A stretch of DNA of 64,000 nucleotides from Chiloscyllium plagiosum. Taxonomy: Eukaryota. Every line of letters starts with the position of its first letter. Position 1 is the stretch's first letter. The DNA is taken from positions 103,548,631 to 103,612,630 of the forward strand of contig NC_057717.1 in the NCBI RefSeq assembly GCF_004010195.1, written 5' to 3'. The translations under genes and the position numbers were made by a program. Shown here piece after piece: positions 23,491-37,199 of this stretch. Under the pieces are notes generated by a model. It was given only the letters and a program-made list of their open reading frames with translations, was not told the origin of the DNA and searched no databases.

Positions 23491-24544
23491 GATTTAGAAG
23501 AGTCAGAAATGACTGAATTGATACATATAAGATGGGAGATTTGACCAGATGGATGTGGGAAGGATGTTTCCTCTTAATAGAGAATCTACAACTAGGGATC
23601 ACTGTTTCAAAATAAGGGGGTTAAAATAGAAATGAGTAAATACTTTTCTCAGATGGTTATCAGTCTTTGGAATTCACTTCCTCTAAAAGCAGAATCTTGA
23701 AATAATTTTAAGGCACAGTTGGAAAGATTCTTGATGACCAAGGGAATGAAATCAGAGGATATGGAGAAATATAGAGTTAAAATTAAAGTCACATCAAGCA
23801 CGACCTTATTGAATAGTGGAGCAGGTTGAAAGGGCTTAGTTCCTGCTCCTTGTTTGTATGTTCATGTCTCACACTAACCTGGTTAACAACAATGCCGTAG
23901 CAGTGCTGTCGGTGGGCTAGCAATCCAAACATCCAAACTCATCCTCTCTGTGTTCAAGTCCCTCCAAGGCAGCTGATGGAATTTCAATTCAACTAGTTAA
24001 TCAAAGAACTGTTACGTTAATCAAAGAACTGTTACAACACAGAAAGAGACCATTCTGTCCATTGTGTGTGCACTGACCCCCTCCAGGTCACCTAGTGCCA
24101 TTCATTTTAAAGCTAGCCTCACTATTGAAAGAAAAGCTCATTCTTGGAGGCGATGGCCCACTGGACTTATTGCTAATCCAGAGACCCAGGTAGTGTCCTG
24201 GAGAGCTGGGTTCAAATCCCGCCATGGCAAATGATGGAATTTGAATTCAATAAAAATCTAGAATTAAGAGTCTAATTGTCGATTGTTGAAAAAACCCCAT
24301 CTGGTTCACTAATATCCTTCAGGGAAGGAAACTGCCATCCTTAGCTGGTCTGGCCTATATGTGACTCCAGACCTGCAGCAATGTGGTTGACTCTTAACCT
24401 CCCTCTGGGATGAACAATAAATTCTGTCCGAGCCAGCAATGTCCTCATGAATGTGAAGGAATGAATTGATTTCCTTTAAGAAAGGAGAATGTTCCATCCT
24501 TAGCCAGACTCACCTCCTTGTGACTCATGACCCACAGCAATTCA

Positions 24545-24860
24545 TTGAATCCCTACAGTGTGAGAACAGGCCATTTGGCCCAACAAGTCCACACCGACCC
24601 TCCAAAAAGTAATCCATCCCTGCAGCTTATCCACCTAACTTAGGGATCCCTGGACACAGCAGGGCAATTTAGCATAGCCAATCCACCCTAACCTGCTACA
24701 TCTTTGGACTGTGGGAGGAAACTGGAGCACCTGGAGGAAACCCACGCAGAAACAGGGAGAAGGTGCAAACCCCACACAGACATTCTCCTGAGGCTGGAAT
24801 TGAACCTGGGTCCCTGGTGCTGTGAGGCAGCAGTGCTAACTGCTGAGCCACCATGCAACC
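24545..24860 (-). mobile_element. tRNA-derived SINE
   Basis: Reverse complement of the same family. Confidence 0.85.
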
Positions 24861-25134
24861 TGCTACCTTGGCCCAGCGATTCACCAGTTAATAGGTAATT
24901 AGGATTAGGCAACAAATGCTGGCCTTGCCTATGATGCCCACATCCCATGGGAGAATAAAGAACAAAACGAAAAGAGCCATGGTACATATTCTCACCCTCC
25001 TGAAAATGTCCTGTCCTAACTTGTAAAAGTTTAGTTGTGACTCGAAAGGAGAATGTTGCAGAACAAAAGGTTTATTTTGAGTATGCAAATTTAGTTAGTC
25101 ACAAAACATGGTAACTGTTGGCTTCAGAAAAGTG

Positions 25135-25215
25135 AGCAAGAGTGAGAGAAAGAAAGAAAGAATGAAAGAGAGAAAGAAAGAGAGAGAAAGAGCGGAGAAA
25201 AGAAAGAAAATTGTA
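25135..25215. repeat. (GAAA/GA)n purine microsatellite
   Basis: agagaaagaaagaaagaatgaaagagagaaagaaagagagag. Confidence 0.85.
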
Positions 25216-28200
25216 AGAAAGTTTGATGAGGAATGTGGGTATAAGGAAGGGGGTGATTGATGTGAGGTCTTGAGGTTTCCCAGCGCTCACTTGATTTTCC
25301 CTTTGCAAACTTGGTTTTAAAATTGTCACCATTTCACTTGAACACAGTGCCTGTGGGTATCACATTCAGCATGGCTTACTCACTCCACCTTGGCACGAAA
25401 ACAGTGATCTCATCTGACACATCTCCTATCTAGGTCAGCAACATTTTACTGACCACAAACACCCCAGATGGCCCAATGTCATCAGTGTTCGGCACTTGTA
25501 CAAACACACTCAAACTAGATTGATGGGATGAGCACCAATATTAGAGCTAACTATGGCACGTTTTTGACTGTGACATTTCTTAATTGAGCAATGTATTCCC
25601 TGGACCCTGGGTTGGTAGTGGGGAACACTATACTCTGAACCTGGGATGAAGATGATTAGCTGCCTTTTCCCTTAGAATTTGTGATTCTCATCCTAGTTTG
25701 ATCATCCACGCAAGTTTGAAGACACTTTGACAGAGAGAGTAAGATAGAGTCAGAGATGTCTACAGCACAGATAAAAGCCCTTTCGCCCATCGAGTCTGCA
25801 GCAGTCAGATGTAACCATCTAGGTATTATAATCCCATTTTCCAGCACTTGGCCCACACCCTTATATTCCATGTGTAGATCTAAACACTCATTAAATGTTT
25901 CTGCCTCTACATCCCTTACAGACAGTGAGTTCCAAATGCCCACCAACCTCCGGTATAAAGCTCCTGCCCCTTACCTTCAGTTTATGCACCCCTGCAATCT
26001 GCCTACTCCCCAGGTCACTGATCCATCAATCAAAGGATAAAGTTTCTTCCTGTCTACTCCATCTATCCCCCTCACAATTTTATACACCTCAATCATGTCC
26101 TCCCTCAATCTCCTCTCCTCCAAAGCTTTGGGTTACTCATCGTGAGGGTTCTCCTACAGCTTGACTGAAGATCCCTAGGGAGAAAGCATCAGCCGAGGAC
26201 AGCAGGCTGGAAATCCACCCCGCACGCCCTCCCTCGAACAATATCCTGAATGGTCCACCACAGTGTCACCCGATCAGTCTACAACCTTTTTGTTTCACAT
26301 CCCTGATACTGACTCAAACTGAAATCTTCCCCACAGGCCACCAGTAACGCCAACTCCTTCAGCCTTCAGTCTTCAAAACCTAAACTCACTCTGTTTAATC
26401 ACTTTATGAATTATGCCATAATCTCTCGACATTTTTCACTGGTAACTATGACCATTGCTACTCAACACTTTTTTTTTAATGCAAAAGGTAAAAGTGTTTA
26501 TCCTCACCAGTTTCTGTTGGTGTTATGGTGGCAAGCGTATTTATGTACTGGTTATTTTGGGGAGTGGGGGGATGAGAAAGCTGGATTCTTCATTTTTAAC
26601 ATTGTAAATAAACATGTTGTGCTTTTTAAAATTGTCAATAGCGTTTCCAAGGTTTGAAATCATGCCTGCCAGCTATTTTCTCTGCAGCGCCAGCATTTCT
26701 GAATGATTGTTCTGTAATCATCTCGAGCTTCTCACATGTTCCTGCTATAACAAGTCATGGATGTCAAAGTGGAGCTTTGTAGCTCTTTTTTTAAACACGG
26801 ATTAATTCCAAAGGTTTCAGCAGGTCAATGGTCTTTAGCTGAGATGACTGAGCCAGTGTTTTCACGGTGTATGATGTCTGTGTAGTAAACAAGCCAGACT
26901 TGGCTCAGAGGCAGAAATCTGTAAAATATTCTCGGGAGGGAAAAAATATAACATGCTAATCTGCAAATTAAAAAAACAAATATAAGGTATTTCTGAATTA
27001 ATATTAATGTAAGAATGTAGTTGTATAGAAGCACAATCTTGAAAAAAAAACAGATGTGACTGAGCAATTTTAACATTTCATTCCCAAATGCAAGGCTAAG
27101 CTCTCTCCTGCAGAGAAGCCACAATTGGATTATTATGAGGAGATTTGGCCAAATTCCTTCCAAGTGACACTAGTGCTTCAGAGGAAGGAAAGAAGATTCT
27201 GGAATTTAAGCTTGATGGATCATCAGAAAAAGGCATTTTGGGCAAGAAAAGATTGAGAAAGGGCAGTACACAAGTCTACATTTTTCGATTCATGTGGGTG
27301 TTGTTGGCTGAGTCAGCATTTATTGTCCATCCCTAATTCCCAGGAGGGTAGTTATGAAACCGCACGAAGTTGTGTGCACAGCCCAGTCCACCACAGAAGC
27401 CAACCTCCCATCCATGGACTCCATTTATACTTCTTGTTGCTGTGGAAAGGCTGCCAACAGCATCAAGGACCCCTCCCAGCCAGGTAATGCTCTCTTCCAA
27501 CCTCTCTCGTCAGGCAGAAGATACAGAAGCTTGAACAGGTTCAGGAACAGCTTCTTCCCTGCTGTTATCAGACTGCTGAATGGACCTCTCTAATTTCAAA
27601 TAATGTCGATCTTGCTAATGTTAATCGTGCTTTGTACATCTCCTGTGTAGCCATAACCTTGTATGCCTTGCTTTGTCCAAGCACCCTATGTCCTCGTATG
27701 TTGCGATCTGCCTGTACTTCTCGCAAAACAAAATGTTTCACTGTACTGAGGTACATGTGACAACAATCAATCAAATAAACCAAATAAGAATCAATCACAT
27801 TGCCTTGGGTCTGGAGGTGCGTGTAGACCCTCCAGAACAGCATTTCTCTCTCCTTCATAACATTAATCAATCAGAAAGGTTTTCACACAATCAACAATGG
27901 TTATATGGCCATCATTAAACTCTTAATTCCATAATTTGTTTTCACTGAATTCAAATGCCACTATAAAGGTGCAGGGGTAAATGTAGGGAAATGGGTCTGG
28001 TGGGTTGCTCTTCGGAGGGTCAGTGTGGACTTGGTGGGCTGAAGGGCTTGTTTCCACACTGTAGGGAATCTAATCTAAAGATGGTGGGATTCGAACACAG
28101 ATCCCCAGAATATTCTCTGAGTCTCTGGATTAATAGGGAACAAAGAAAACCATGGGTGCTGGAAATCTGAAACAGAAACAGAAAGTGTGAGATAAGCTCA

Positions 28201-28860
28201 GCAAGTCTGGCAGTGTCTGTGGACAGAGAAAGCAGTCAATGTTTTGGGTCCAGAGACCCTTCTTCAGAACTTCTGAAGAAGAGTTATTGGTCTTGAAATG
28301 CAAGGTTACAGGGATTGGGGGGGGGGGGGTAGCAATGCTCTTTGGTGCAGGCTCAATGGGCCTAATGACCTCTATTTGCACTGTGAGGATTCTAAGTCAC
28401 TGACCAGACTGCATCTATAACCCAGTAAGAATCACCTATGTTGAAGTGGTTTGAAGTCACATATAGGCCAGACCTTCCACAAAGATCTTAACCATAACCA
28501 CTTCCCCTATTGTTTTTAGATTTTCTTTTTGAACTGATTTTCAAAGTTTCATGATGACGGTTTGAACTTTTCTGAATTTTTAGCCGAAGAATCAATACTG
28601 TCCTGTGCTTTCCCTCAGAGTTTTGTGTGACTTTGGAACTCTCTACCACAGAACCCGGAGGAGCCAGGGTCAGTGAATATTTCTGCGATGGAGGTGAATA
28701 GATTCCTGCTGGGGCCAGGGAATCAGAAGTTGTCTGGAGGATGGAAGAGAACATGAAATTCAAAACACCTACAGGCCTGCCATGATCTAACGGCAGAGCA
28801 GGATTGACAGGCTGAATGGCCTACTGCTACTTCCCATTTGTTTGTCTGTATTCCCAGCCT

Positions 28861-29090
28861 GGGAGAAAGTGAGGGCTGCAGATACTGGAAAGTCAGGGTC
28901 AAAAAGTGTGACACTGGAAAAGCACAGCAGGTCAGGCAGCATTCGAGGAGCAGGAGGAGCGACGTTTCGGGCATAAGCCCTTTATCAGGAACACCTGATG
29001 AGGGGCTTATACTCGAAATGTTGACTCTTCTGCTCCTCGGATGCTGCCTGACCTGCTGTGCTTTTCCAGTGCCACACTATTCGACTCTGC
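28861..29090. mobile_element. Palindromic family-B Penelope-derived insertion with two opposed hammerhead-like cores
   Basis: Inverted arms CACTGGAAAAGCACAGCAGGTCAGGCAGCAT / ATGCTGCCTGACCTGCTGTGCTTTTCCAGTG; cores near 28960-28988 (-) and 28995-29020 (+). Confidence 0.75.
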
Positions 29091-29429
29091 ATAACCAGTC
29101 CATAGATATTGTGTCATCGTAAAGTGCAGAATCCCATGCTTTACCACATTGTGCTCTATCTTTGCCCACTCCCCCAGCCTCTCCAAATCCTTTTGCAGCC
29201 TCCCAGCTTCCTCAACACTACCTGTGCCTCTGCCTATCTGCAAACTTAGCCACAATGCCCTCAGTTCCTTCATTATTAATGTATAATGTGAATGGTTGTG
29301 ATCTCAACACTGACCACTGTGGAACTCCATCAGTCACCAGCTGCCAACTTAAAAAAAGACCCCTTTATCCCCACTCTCTGCCTTCTGCCAGTCAGCAAAT
29401 CCTCAATTTGTTAAGTGTGTACCAGAAAA

Positions 29430-30700
29430 CTTTCTGATTCAGTATGTGGATGTACCCACTAGAAAAGGTGCAAAACTTGACCTACTCTTGGGAGATAAGG
29501 CAGGGCAGGTGACTGAGGTGTCAGTGGGGGAGCACTTCGGGGCCAGCGACCATAGTTCTATTAGATTTAAAATAGTGATGGAACAGGATAGACCCCAGAT
29601 CTAAAAGTTCAAGTTCTAAATTGGACGAAGGCCAATTTTGACAGTATTAGGCAAGAACTTTCAAAAGCTGATTGGGGGCAGATGTTTGCAGGTAAAGGGA
29701 TGGCTGGAAAATGCGAAGCCTTAGAAATGAGATAACGAGAGCCCAGAGAAAGTATATTCCTGTCAGGGTGAAAGGGAAGGCTGGTAGGCATAGGGAATGC
29801 CAGTTGACTAAAGAAATTGAGGGTTTGGTTAAGAAAAAGAAGGAAGCATATGTCAGGTATAGACAGGATAGATCGAGTGAATCCTTAGAAGAGTATAAAG
29901 GAAGTAGGAGTATACTTAAGAGGGAAATCAGGAGGGCAAAATGGGGACATGAGATAGCTTTGGCAAATAGANNNNNNNNNNNNNNNNNNNNNNNNNNNNN
30001 NNNNNNNNNNNNNNNNNNNNNNNNNNNNNNNNNNNNNNNNNNNNNNNNNNNNNNNNNNNNNNNNNNNNNNNNNNNNNNNNNNNNNNNNNNNNNNNNNNNN
30101 NNNNNNNNNNNNNNNNNNNNNNNNNNNNNNNNNNNNNNNNNNNNNNNNNNNNNNNNNNNNNNNNNNNNNNNNNNNNNNNNNNNNNNNNNNNNNNNNNNNN
30201 NNNNNNNNNNNNNNNNNNNNNNNNNNNNNNNNNNNNNNNNNNNNNNNNNNNNNNNNNNNNNNNNNNNNNNNNNNNNNNNNNNNNNNNNNNNNNNNNNNNN
30301 NNNNNNNNNNNTGTTTTCCCTGGAGCATCAAAGGTTGAGGGGTGACCTTATAGAGGTTTACAAAATTTTGAGGGGGCACGGATAGGATAAAGTCTTTTCC
30401 CTGGGGTCGGGGAGTCCAGAACTAGAGGGCATAGGTTTAGGGTGAGAGGAGAAAGATATAAAAGAGATCTAGCGGGCAATTTTTCATGCAGAGGGTGGTA
30501 CGTGTATGGAATGAGGAAGTGGTGGAGGCTGGTACAATTGCAACATTTAAGAGGCATCTGGATGGGTATATGAATAGCAAGGGTTTGGAGGGATATGGGC
30601 CGGGTGCTGGCAGGTGGGACTAGATTGAGTTGGGATATCTGGTTGGCATGGATGGGTTGAACCAAAGGGTTTGTTTCTGTGCTGTACATCTCTATAACTC
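29430..30700 (+). mobile_element. CR1-type LINE spanning an assembly gap
   Basis: End of endonuclease region (LDLLLGDKAGQVTEV..SDH) before the gap and ORF2 C-terminus plus 3'UTR after it. Confidence 0.85.
29972..30311. other. Assembly gap (340 N)
   Basis: Run of N. Confidence 1.
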
Positions 30701-32784
30701 TATGCTGGAATCTGTTCTGAAAACAACAAATGCTGGAGATCACAATGGGTCAGACAGCATCCATGGAAAGAGAGCAAGCTAATGTTTCGATGACTCTTCA
30801 TCAGCGCTGCCCTCCCTTTGATGAAGCCATTGCTGATTCAGCCCTATTTTACCATGTACCTCCGAGTATTCTTTAATAATACACTCTAAAGTCTTACCAA
30901 TGGCCAAGGTCAGGCTAACTGGCCTATAGATTCCTGTCTTCTGCCTCCCACTCAATTTAAACAGGGGTGGTTGCGCTAACACTTGGTCCCTGATCGCCCA
31001 CTGCCTGCCTCTGTCCTGCAGTTATGCTCAGTATTGGGTGCCCTTGAATAGGAATGGAACCATATGCTGTGTTAATAGTGTGCATAGTCACGGAGCTCAG
31101 CAATTACCTTGCCAATGGCTTGATGGGGTTCTTCAAGCCCAGTTTTAAGTTCAGTCAGTGGACGCTCCTTGACTCTGTCAATGTTTGGGCTGCGTCATTG
31201 GGTGGTTTTGGCAACCCCGTTGGCATTAGGTGTCTGCACTGTGTCCAGAATCATTGGAAAGAGGTTACCGTCAAGATGGCAGACCAAACCCAGATGGACG
31301 TGTTGTAGAGTCCACGGTAGAGAGAGTGTTTCCAGGCGATGGTTTCTCCTGCCAGTCTATAGGTCCTCAGCTGTTCCCCCTCAGAGCGGTGGGTTTAACC
31401 ACTCGGAGGAAGGATGTGAAGGAAGGTGTATGACGAGTGTGTTGAGGACGCCATTCAATAAAGGTAGGCTTGGGTTGGAGTAGACTTTCTCCAGTCCCTT
31501 GCCCATTATAATTACCCAGCATCAAAGGAGCAGGAGAATCGACTTTTCGGGCATAAGCTCTTCTTCAGGAATGAGGAGGGTGTGCCAAGCAGGCTAAGAT
31601 AAAAGGTAGGGAGGAGAGACTTGGGAGAGGGGCGTTGGGAATACGATAGGTTATAGGGAATACGGGGAGGTGAGTTGATCAAAGAGAACCTGTCCTAATG
31701 GGTATTATTGATTTGCATTGCCCTTTGACAGGCTAGGGGTGGGTGGATTGGAAACCCATTGTAGCCCATCTGTCACATAATACAAAGCAATATAGCAGTC
31801 AAGGGATATAATGTCACATAAGATGTCAATCCACAGGCTATAATCCATGTCTTTCTTAGTTCACCCCAACAGGCATGGCTAATGAACATCTCAACTGGGT
31901 CTGTGAATTGCTGCTCTTTTGAATATTTCATAAACAATAGAAACTGACAGGGAGGGGAAAGATGGAAACACTACAGCCACACCCTTAGTCCTTCAAGCAA
32001 TACCCACCCTCACAACTGTGTAATCTCTCAGGAAAGGGAAAATTAAACCAGGCCAATCCAGGTATCCATCCCCTGGACAATTGCTGAAAGCCAATGGAAA
32101 CCAGACCAGGGAATCTCACTGAATGCTGTCCACCGGGAAAACACAGCCTTGGTTTGAACCTCATGAATTGTTTTAATCACCGAATTGAAAAAGCAGTAGA
32201 CTAATTTGGAAGAGTGAGATGGATTTCACTGTGTTTACTCAGTTTGTGGTACACCCCAGTAAATACATTGGAGACTATAACTCATCAGTGATCCTTGCTT
32301 TGAGCTAACTCTTGTTGGGATTAGCTGCAATAATAAAATTGTACAAACAACAAAGGTTTATTTTTTGCAAGGAGCTTGCAAACATCGGTGGTCATATGGT
32401 TTGCAGTTCATATGATCCGACCGGCAAGATGTTTATTGTAAAGTACAAAGGGCCAACTGACTTTTGTCTGGTCAGCTACTGAAATACTTTCCCAATGAAG
32501 CAATTGTTGCTGTTATCACAGGATCCTCTTGCAATATTTGTCCACACAGCGATGACTTGCTACAACTTTCTACATACACAAAACTCACGTGAAATTTCCA
32601 ACTCCCTGGGCTCTAACCCAACCAAGATTCAACATTGCTCCATCCCTCACATTCTGTCCTGTCAGAATGTCAACATGGTGCAAATCATTGTGACTGTACA
32701 GGCACAGCTTTGGCTGGGATGGGGATTCCATTAAAAATATACTTCAATCGGCTTGAGGTGGTTTTGGAGACGGTGTTCAAGAAT

Positions 32785-33082
32785 TAGCATTAGATTACTT
32801 ACAGTGTGGAAACAGGCCCTTCGGCCCAACATGTCCACACTGACCCGCCAAAACGCAACCCACCAAGACCCATTCCCCTACAACTAACACTACTGGCAAT
32901 TTAGCATGGCCAATTCACCTAAACGGCACATCTTTGGACTGTGGGAGGAAACCGGAGGAAACCCACGCAGACAGGGGGAGAATGTGCAAACTCCACGCAG
33001 CCAGTCGCCTGAGGCGGGAATTGAACCCGGGTCTCAGGCGCTGTGAGGCAGCACTGCTAACCACTGTGCCACCGTGCCGCTC
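32785..33082 (-). mobile_element. tRNA-derived SINE, near full length
   Basis: Reverse of GCGGCACGGTGGCACAGTGGTTAGCAGTGCTGCCTCACAGCGCC..GGGTTCAATTCC, with (TAATC)-like tail. Confidence 0.9.
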
Positions 33083-33193
33083 ACCCATTCGGTGTCACAG
33101 AGCTAGAATGTATGTTTGATCTGTCCTTGTGGCTGGAGCTACCACAAGATTCAGGACTTAATGTTTCTCCCTTAGCTCTCAATGTCTCACTGT

Positions 33194-33412
33194 GACCCTA
33201 ATGGTCTGTGCTGTCTGATTCTGTATGACCCTAATGGTCTGTGCTGTCTGATTCTGTACGACCCTAATGGTCTGTACTGTCTGATTCTGTAAGACCCTAA
33301 TGGTCTGTGCTGTCTGATTTTGTAAGTCCTTAATGGCCTGTGCTGTCTGATTCTGTCAATCCTTAATGGTCTGTGCTGTCTGATTCTGTAAGGCCCTTGT
33401 GCTGTCTGATTC
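33194..33412. repeat. 33-bp minisatellite, about 6.5 copies
   Basis: Unit GACCCTAATGGTCTGTGCTGTCTGATTCTGTAN, head-to-tail without spacers. Confidence 0.95.
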
Positions 33413-35159
33413 CGAGCTGCTACAGGATCCTCCACATCCGACCTCTTGAGCAGATGGGGCTTTGGGTTGAACATTTCAGCCAAAAGGCCATCATTTGGGG
33501 TTAAAGGGAATGACAGATAAGTGGGAACAGGACATTGGGGTTGGATGCTGAGAATGGCTGAGCAGTCTTGAATGTTCTTCTGCACCGTTTGTCCACGTTT
33601 CTGTGCTGGCATTTCTGACAGTGCTGCACTCCCTCAATACTGCTCAGCAGTCTAAGCCAAGTAGTGTGCATGCGATAAGAAGCTTCTTACACAACCTCCC
33701 TCTGCACTAGGAGAAAGTGAGGACTGCAGATGCTGGAGATCAGAGCTGAAAAATGTGTTGCTGGTAAAGCGCAGCCGGTCAGGCAGCATCCAAGGAGCAG
33801 GAGAATCGACGTTTCAGGCATGAGCCCTTCTTCAGGAATCAGGAGGGTGTGCCAAGCAGGCTAAGATAAAAGGTAGAGAGGAGGACTTGGGGGAGGGGCA
33901 TTGGGAATGCGCTAAGTGGAAGGAGAGGGTGATAGGGTGAGGGTGATAGGTCGGAGAGTGGGTGGGGCCGGAGAGGTCGGGAAGAAGATTACAGATCAAT
34001 AAGGCAGTGTTGAGTCCGAGGGTTGGGTCTGAGAAAAGGTGGGGGTAGGGGAAATGAGGAAGGTGGAGAAATCTGCATTTATCCCCTTGTGGCTGGAGGG
34101 TTGATACTTGTGCTGGAGAACAATTCGTACCCTGAGGTACTGTCCTCAAAGCTGGACCAGGCACCTTCAGCAAGCGGAACAGAGGGAGGGAAACTGTTCT
34201 TTTGATAATGATTCTGTGCTTTCAGCTCAATGTTTGGCTTTCTCCAGTTCAGAAGAACATTCTGACCTGATACATCACAATGATTTATGGGACCTTCCAA
34301 CAGGGAGTCATCGAGTGGACGCTACGAGAGATTTAAACCGTATGGCTTTGTCCGAATGCATCCACTGCTCGACGACATGGCCAGCTGCCACTCTGGAATG
34401 AGTTTTGACCCTGCACACCTCAACAGAGTCCTGCAGACCGCCCCACCCACAGTCAGGGAGGCCCCTCTACCATGTCCTCCCACTCTGAGAGCTACCAAGT
34501 GGAAGGGGCTCACAACTTGCCACTCATTGCTCCATGGTAATGTATTGCGAGGTAACAACCAATCCATACAGAGCAAGATCCCACTAATCACACTGATGAC
34601 AGCATCAGACAGTTTGTGATCATGCCTGGGGAAGCAGGCCATTGGACCCATTTAGTCCACACTGACCATCCAAAGGGCATCCCAGACCCCCTGCCCTACC
34701 CTCTCCCTGTAACCATGCATTTCCCATGGCTTACCCACCTCGTCTGCACATCCCTGGACACTGTCAGGCAATTTTGCTCGGCCAATCCACCAAACCGATT
34801 TGGTTTGGTTTATTGTTGTCATTTGTACCTAAGTACAGTGCAAAGTTCTGTTTTGCAAACAGGACATCCAGATGATAGAGTGGACCTGGAGGGTACCCTT
34901 TGTTAGACATTCAATGCAAGTTAGTCCTTTGAACTATGTAAATAAAAGGCTCAGTAGCCAACTTGAAGTACAGCTTCACATATGCTGCATCTGCGACAGA
35001 ACCATCACTCAAACATTTATTTTTATGTGTGTGTGTGTGTGTACATCACATGAGGCAGTGTCAACATGCTGTTCCACAAAGCAGGGCGTCACAGTTGAGC
35101 TTAACATCATCTGCACCCAAAGTCCACACATAATAGAGCACACATAATGAAGGTGTGAG

Positions 35160-35855
35160 CTGTGAGCTATAGGGAGAGGCTGAATAGGCTGGATATAGTT
35201 TCCCTGGATTGTCGGAGGCTGAGGGGAGACCTTATAGAGGTTTATAAAATCATGAGGGGCGTAGATAGGGTGAATGGCAGTTGTCGTTTCCCTGGGGTGG
35301 GGGAGTTCAAAGTGAGGGGGCATATTTTTAAGGTGAGAGGAGAAAGATTTAAAAAGGACACGAGAGGCAACTTTGTTACATACAGAGAGTGGTTCATACA
35401 TGGAATGAACTGCCAGAAGAAGTGGAGGATGCAAGAACAGTTGCAACATTTAAAAGATATCTGGATAAGTTCATGTGTTTGGAGGGATATGGGCCAAGCG
35501 CAGGCAGGTGGGACTAGTTTAGTTAGGGAACATGGTCAGCGTGGACTGGTTAGACCGAAGGGTCTGTTTCCGTGCTGTGTGACTCTATGGCTCTAACTCA
35601 TATAGGGCTGGGGAGGGTTAGATTTGTAGTCACATCATTTAAAAGGGACCTAAGGGTGGTACGTGTATGGAATGAGCTGCCAGAGGAAGTGGTGGAGGCT
35701 GGTACAACGACAACATTTAAAAGGCATCTGGATGGGTATATGAACAGGAAGGGTTTGGAGGGATATGGGCCAAATGCTGGTAAATGGGACTTGATTAATT
35801 TAGGATATCTGGTCAGCATGGAGGGTCTGTCTTAGTGCTGTACATCTCTATGACT
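35160..35855 (+). mobile_element. Two adjacent CR1 LINE 3' fragments
   Basis: SYRERLNRL..RRLRGDLIEVYKIMRG and WNELPEEVVEAG..FKRHLDGYM. Confidence 0.88.
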
Positions 35856-36122
35856 CAAAGTACAGTGAAATGTGTACAATGTCACCACATATAGTGCCAC
35901 CTTCATAGATGTTCATAAAACCCCTACAGTATGGGGAGGCCATTCGACCCATCTAGACCACAACAACCCCCTGGGGTGGCTTCGTGGGTCACTCGCTGTT
36001 TTCAGTGACCCCACCTAGTGGCACCCCAATGGGAACGCTCTCATCCCTCCAACTGAGAGCCGGGAATGTGTCACCCTCTCCAGAATCAAAGGCAGTGCAC
36101 ACCTTGGCTCCCACTCCCTGGA

Positions 36123-36298
36123 GGAGAAAGTGAGGACTGCAGATGCTGGAGATCAGAGCTGGAAATGTGTTGCTGGAAAAGCGCAGCAGGTCAGGCAGCA
36201 TCCAGGATTCCTGAAGAAGGGCTTATGCCCGAAACGTCGATTCTCCTGTTCCCTGGATGCTGCCTGACCTGCTGCGCTTTTCCAGCAACACATTTCCA
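36123..36298. mobile_element. Palindromic family-B insertion with a 16-bp target-site duplication
   Basis: GCTCCCACTCCCTGGA at 36107-36122 and 36299-36314; near-perfect inverted arms. Confidence 0.85.
36211..36238 (+). ncRNA. Minimal hammerhead-ribozyme-like core (family B)
   Basis: CTGAAGA-A-GGGC-TTAT-GCCC-GAAA-CGTC: catalytic boxes, stem II, palindromic ACGT in place of stem III, GUC triplet. Confidence 0.65.
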
Positions 36299-37199
36299 GC
36301 TCCCACTCCCTGGATAGACTGTGGAGCTGCGGCACTGCTGCCTATACCTTGGTTTGAGCCAGACGCATAACTGAGGCTCCTTTCTGTTCTCTCCTGGTGA
36401 GTGTAAATGATTGTATTGATATCACAGTGTCAGAGGAGAGCAGCAGAGTTGTAGTGCCTGGGGCCCTAGCCAATATTTATCCTTAAGGAGAAAGTGAGGG
36501 CTGCAGATGCTGGAGAAGGGCTTATGCCTGAAACGTCGATTCTCCTGTTTCTTGGATGCTGCCCGACCTGCTGCGCTTTTCCAGCAACACATTTTCAGCA
36601 ATAATTATCCTTAAATCAACATCACGAGAACAAGTGATGTGGTCTGTAGCACATTGCCGTTCATGGGAGCTTGCTGTGCTAGGTTTCGCATATTCATTAC
36701 ACTAATTAGTGTTGGCCAATAAATGATATCTTAGTCAGCCACGCCCATGTCCCAGGACCAATTATTAAAACAACCTACAACTGTGATCACAGTTCAAAAA
36801 TGCCTCATTGGCTGAAAAGTGCTTTGGGCCATCCTGAAGTCATGAGCGGCGCTACATAAATACAACTCTCTCTCTCTTTCTTCTCAATATGGAATGTGTT
36901 CAACTCTTCAACTAATCCAGTTTGCAAAGAAAGGCAGAGACAAAAAGTGTTCTTGAGAATATTTTTAAACTGTATTAATAAATACAGACAAATCAATTCT
37001 TGATTATATTGGAAAGAATCTTGTTTATATAAAAGAATACAATGTTGCCAGAGTTGAACTCAGAAAGTTAATACTTTGAGATTATTAGGGCACCCCTCCA
37101 GTGAGGTTCTGGACGCAGAAAGCCACAGAGAAGTGACCTTTATCTTGAGAGAGAGTCTCCTTTGTATCATCGGTGGAGTACCCACAGAAGGCTGAAGCT

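Noticed and set aside
29711-30385. Long ORFs spanning N-runs (also 46366-46911)
   Set aside because: Artefacts of assembly gaps within LINE sequence
31030-31520. Possible coding exon
   Set aside because: Stops in all frames I read and flanked by repeats; probably a decayed retroelement that I could not classify
33187-33612. 141-aa repeat-protein ORF or CRISPR-like array
   Set aside because: Translation artefact of a 33-bp minisatellite; no spacers or gene structure
34080-34620. Unique-looking sequence with ~100-aa ORFs downstream of VAV1
   Set aside because: No recognisable motif or splice framework; may be extended 3'UTR or old repeat
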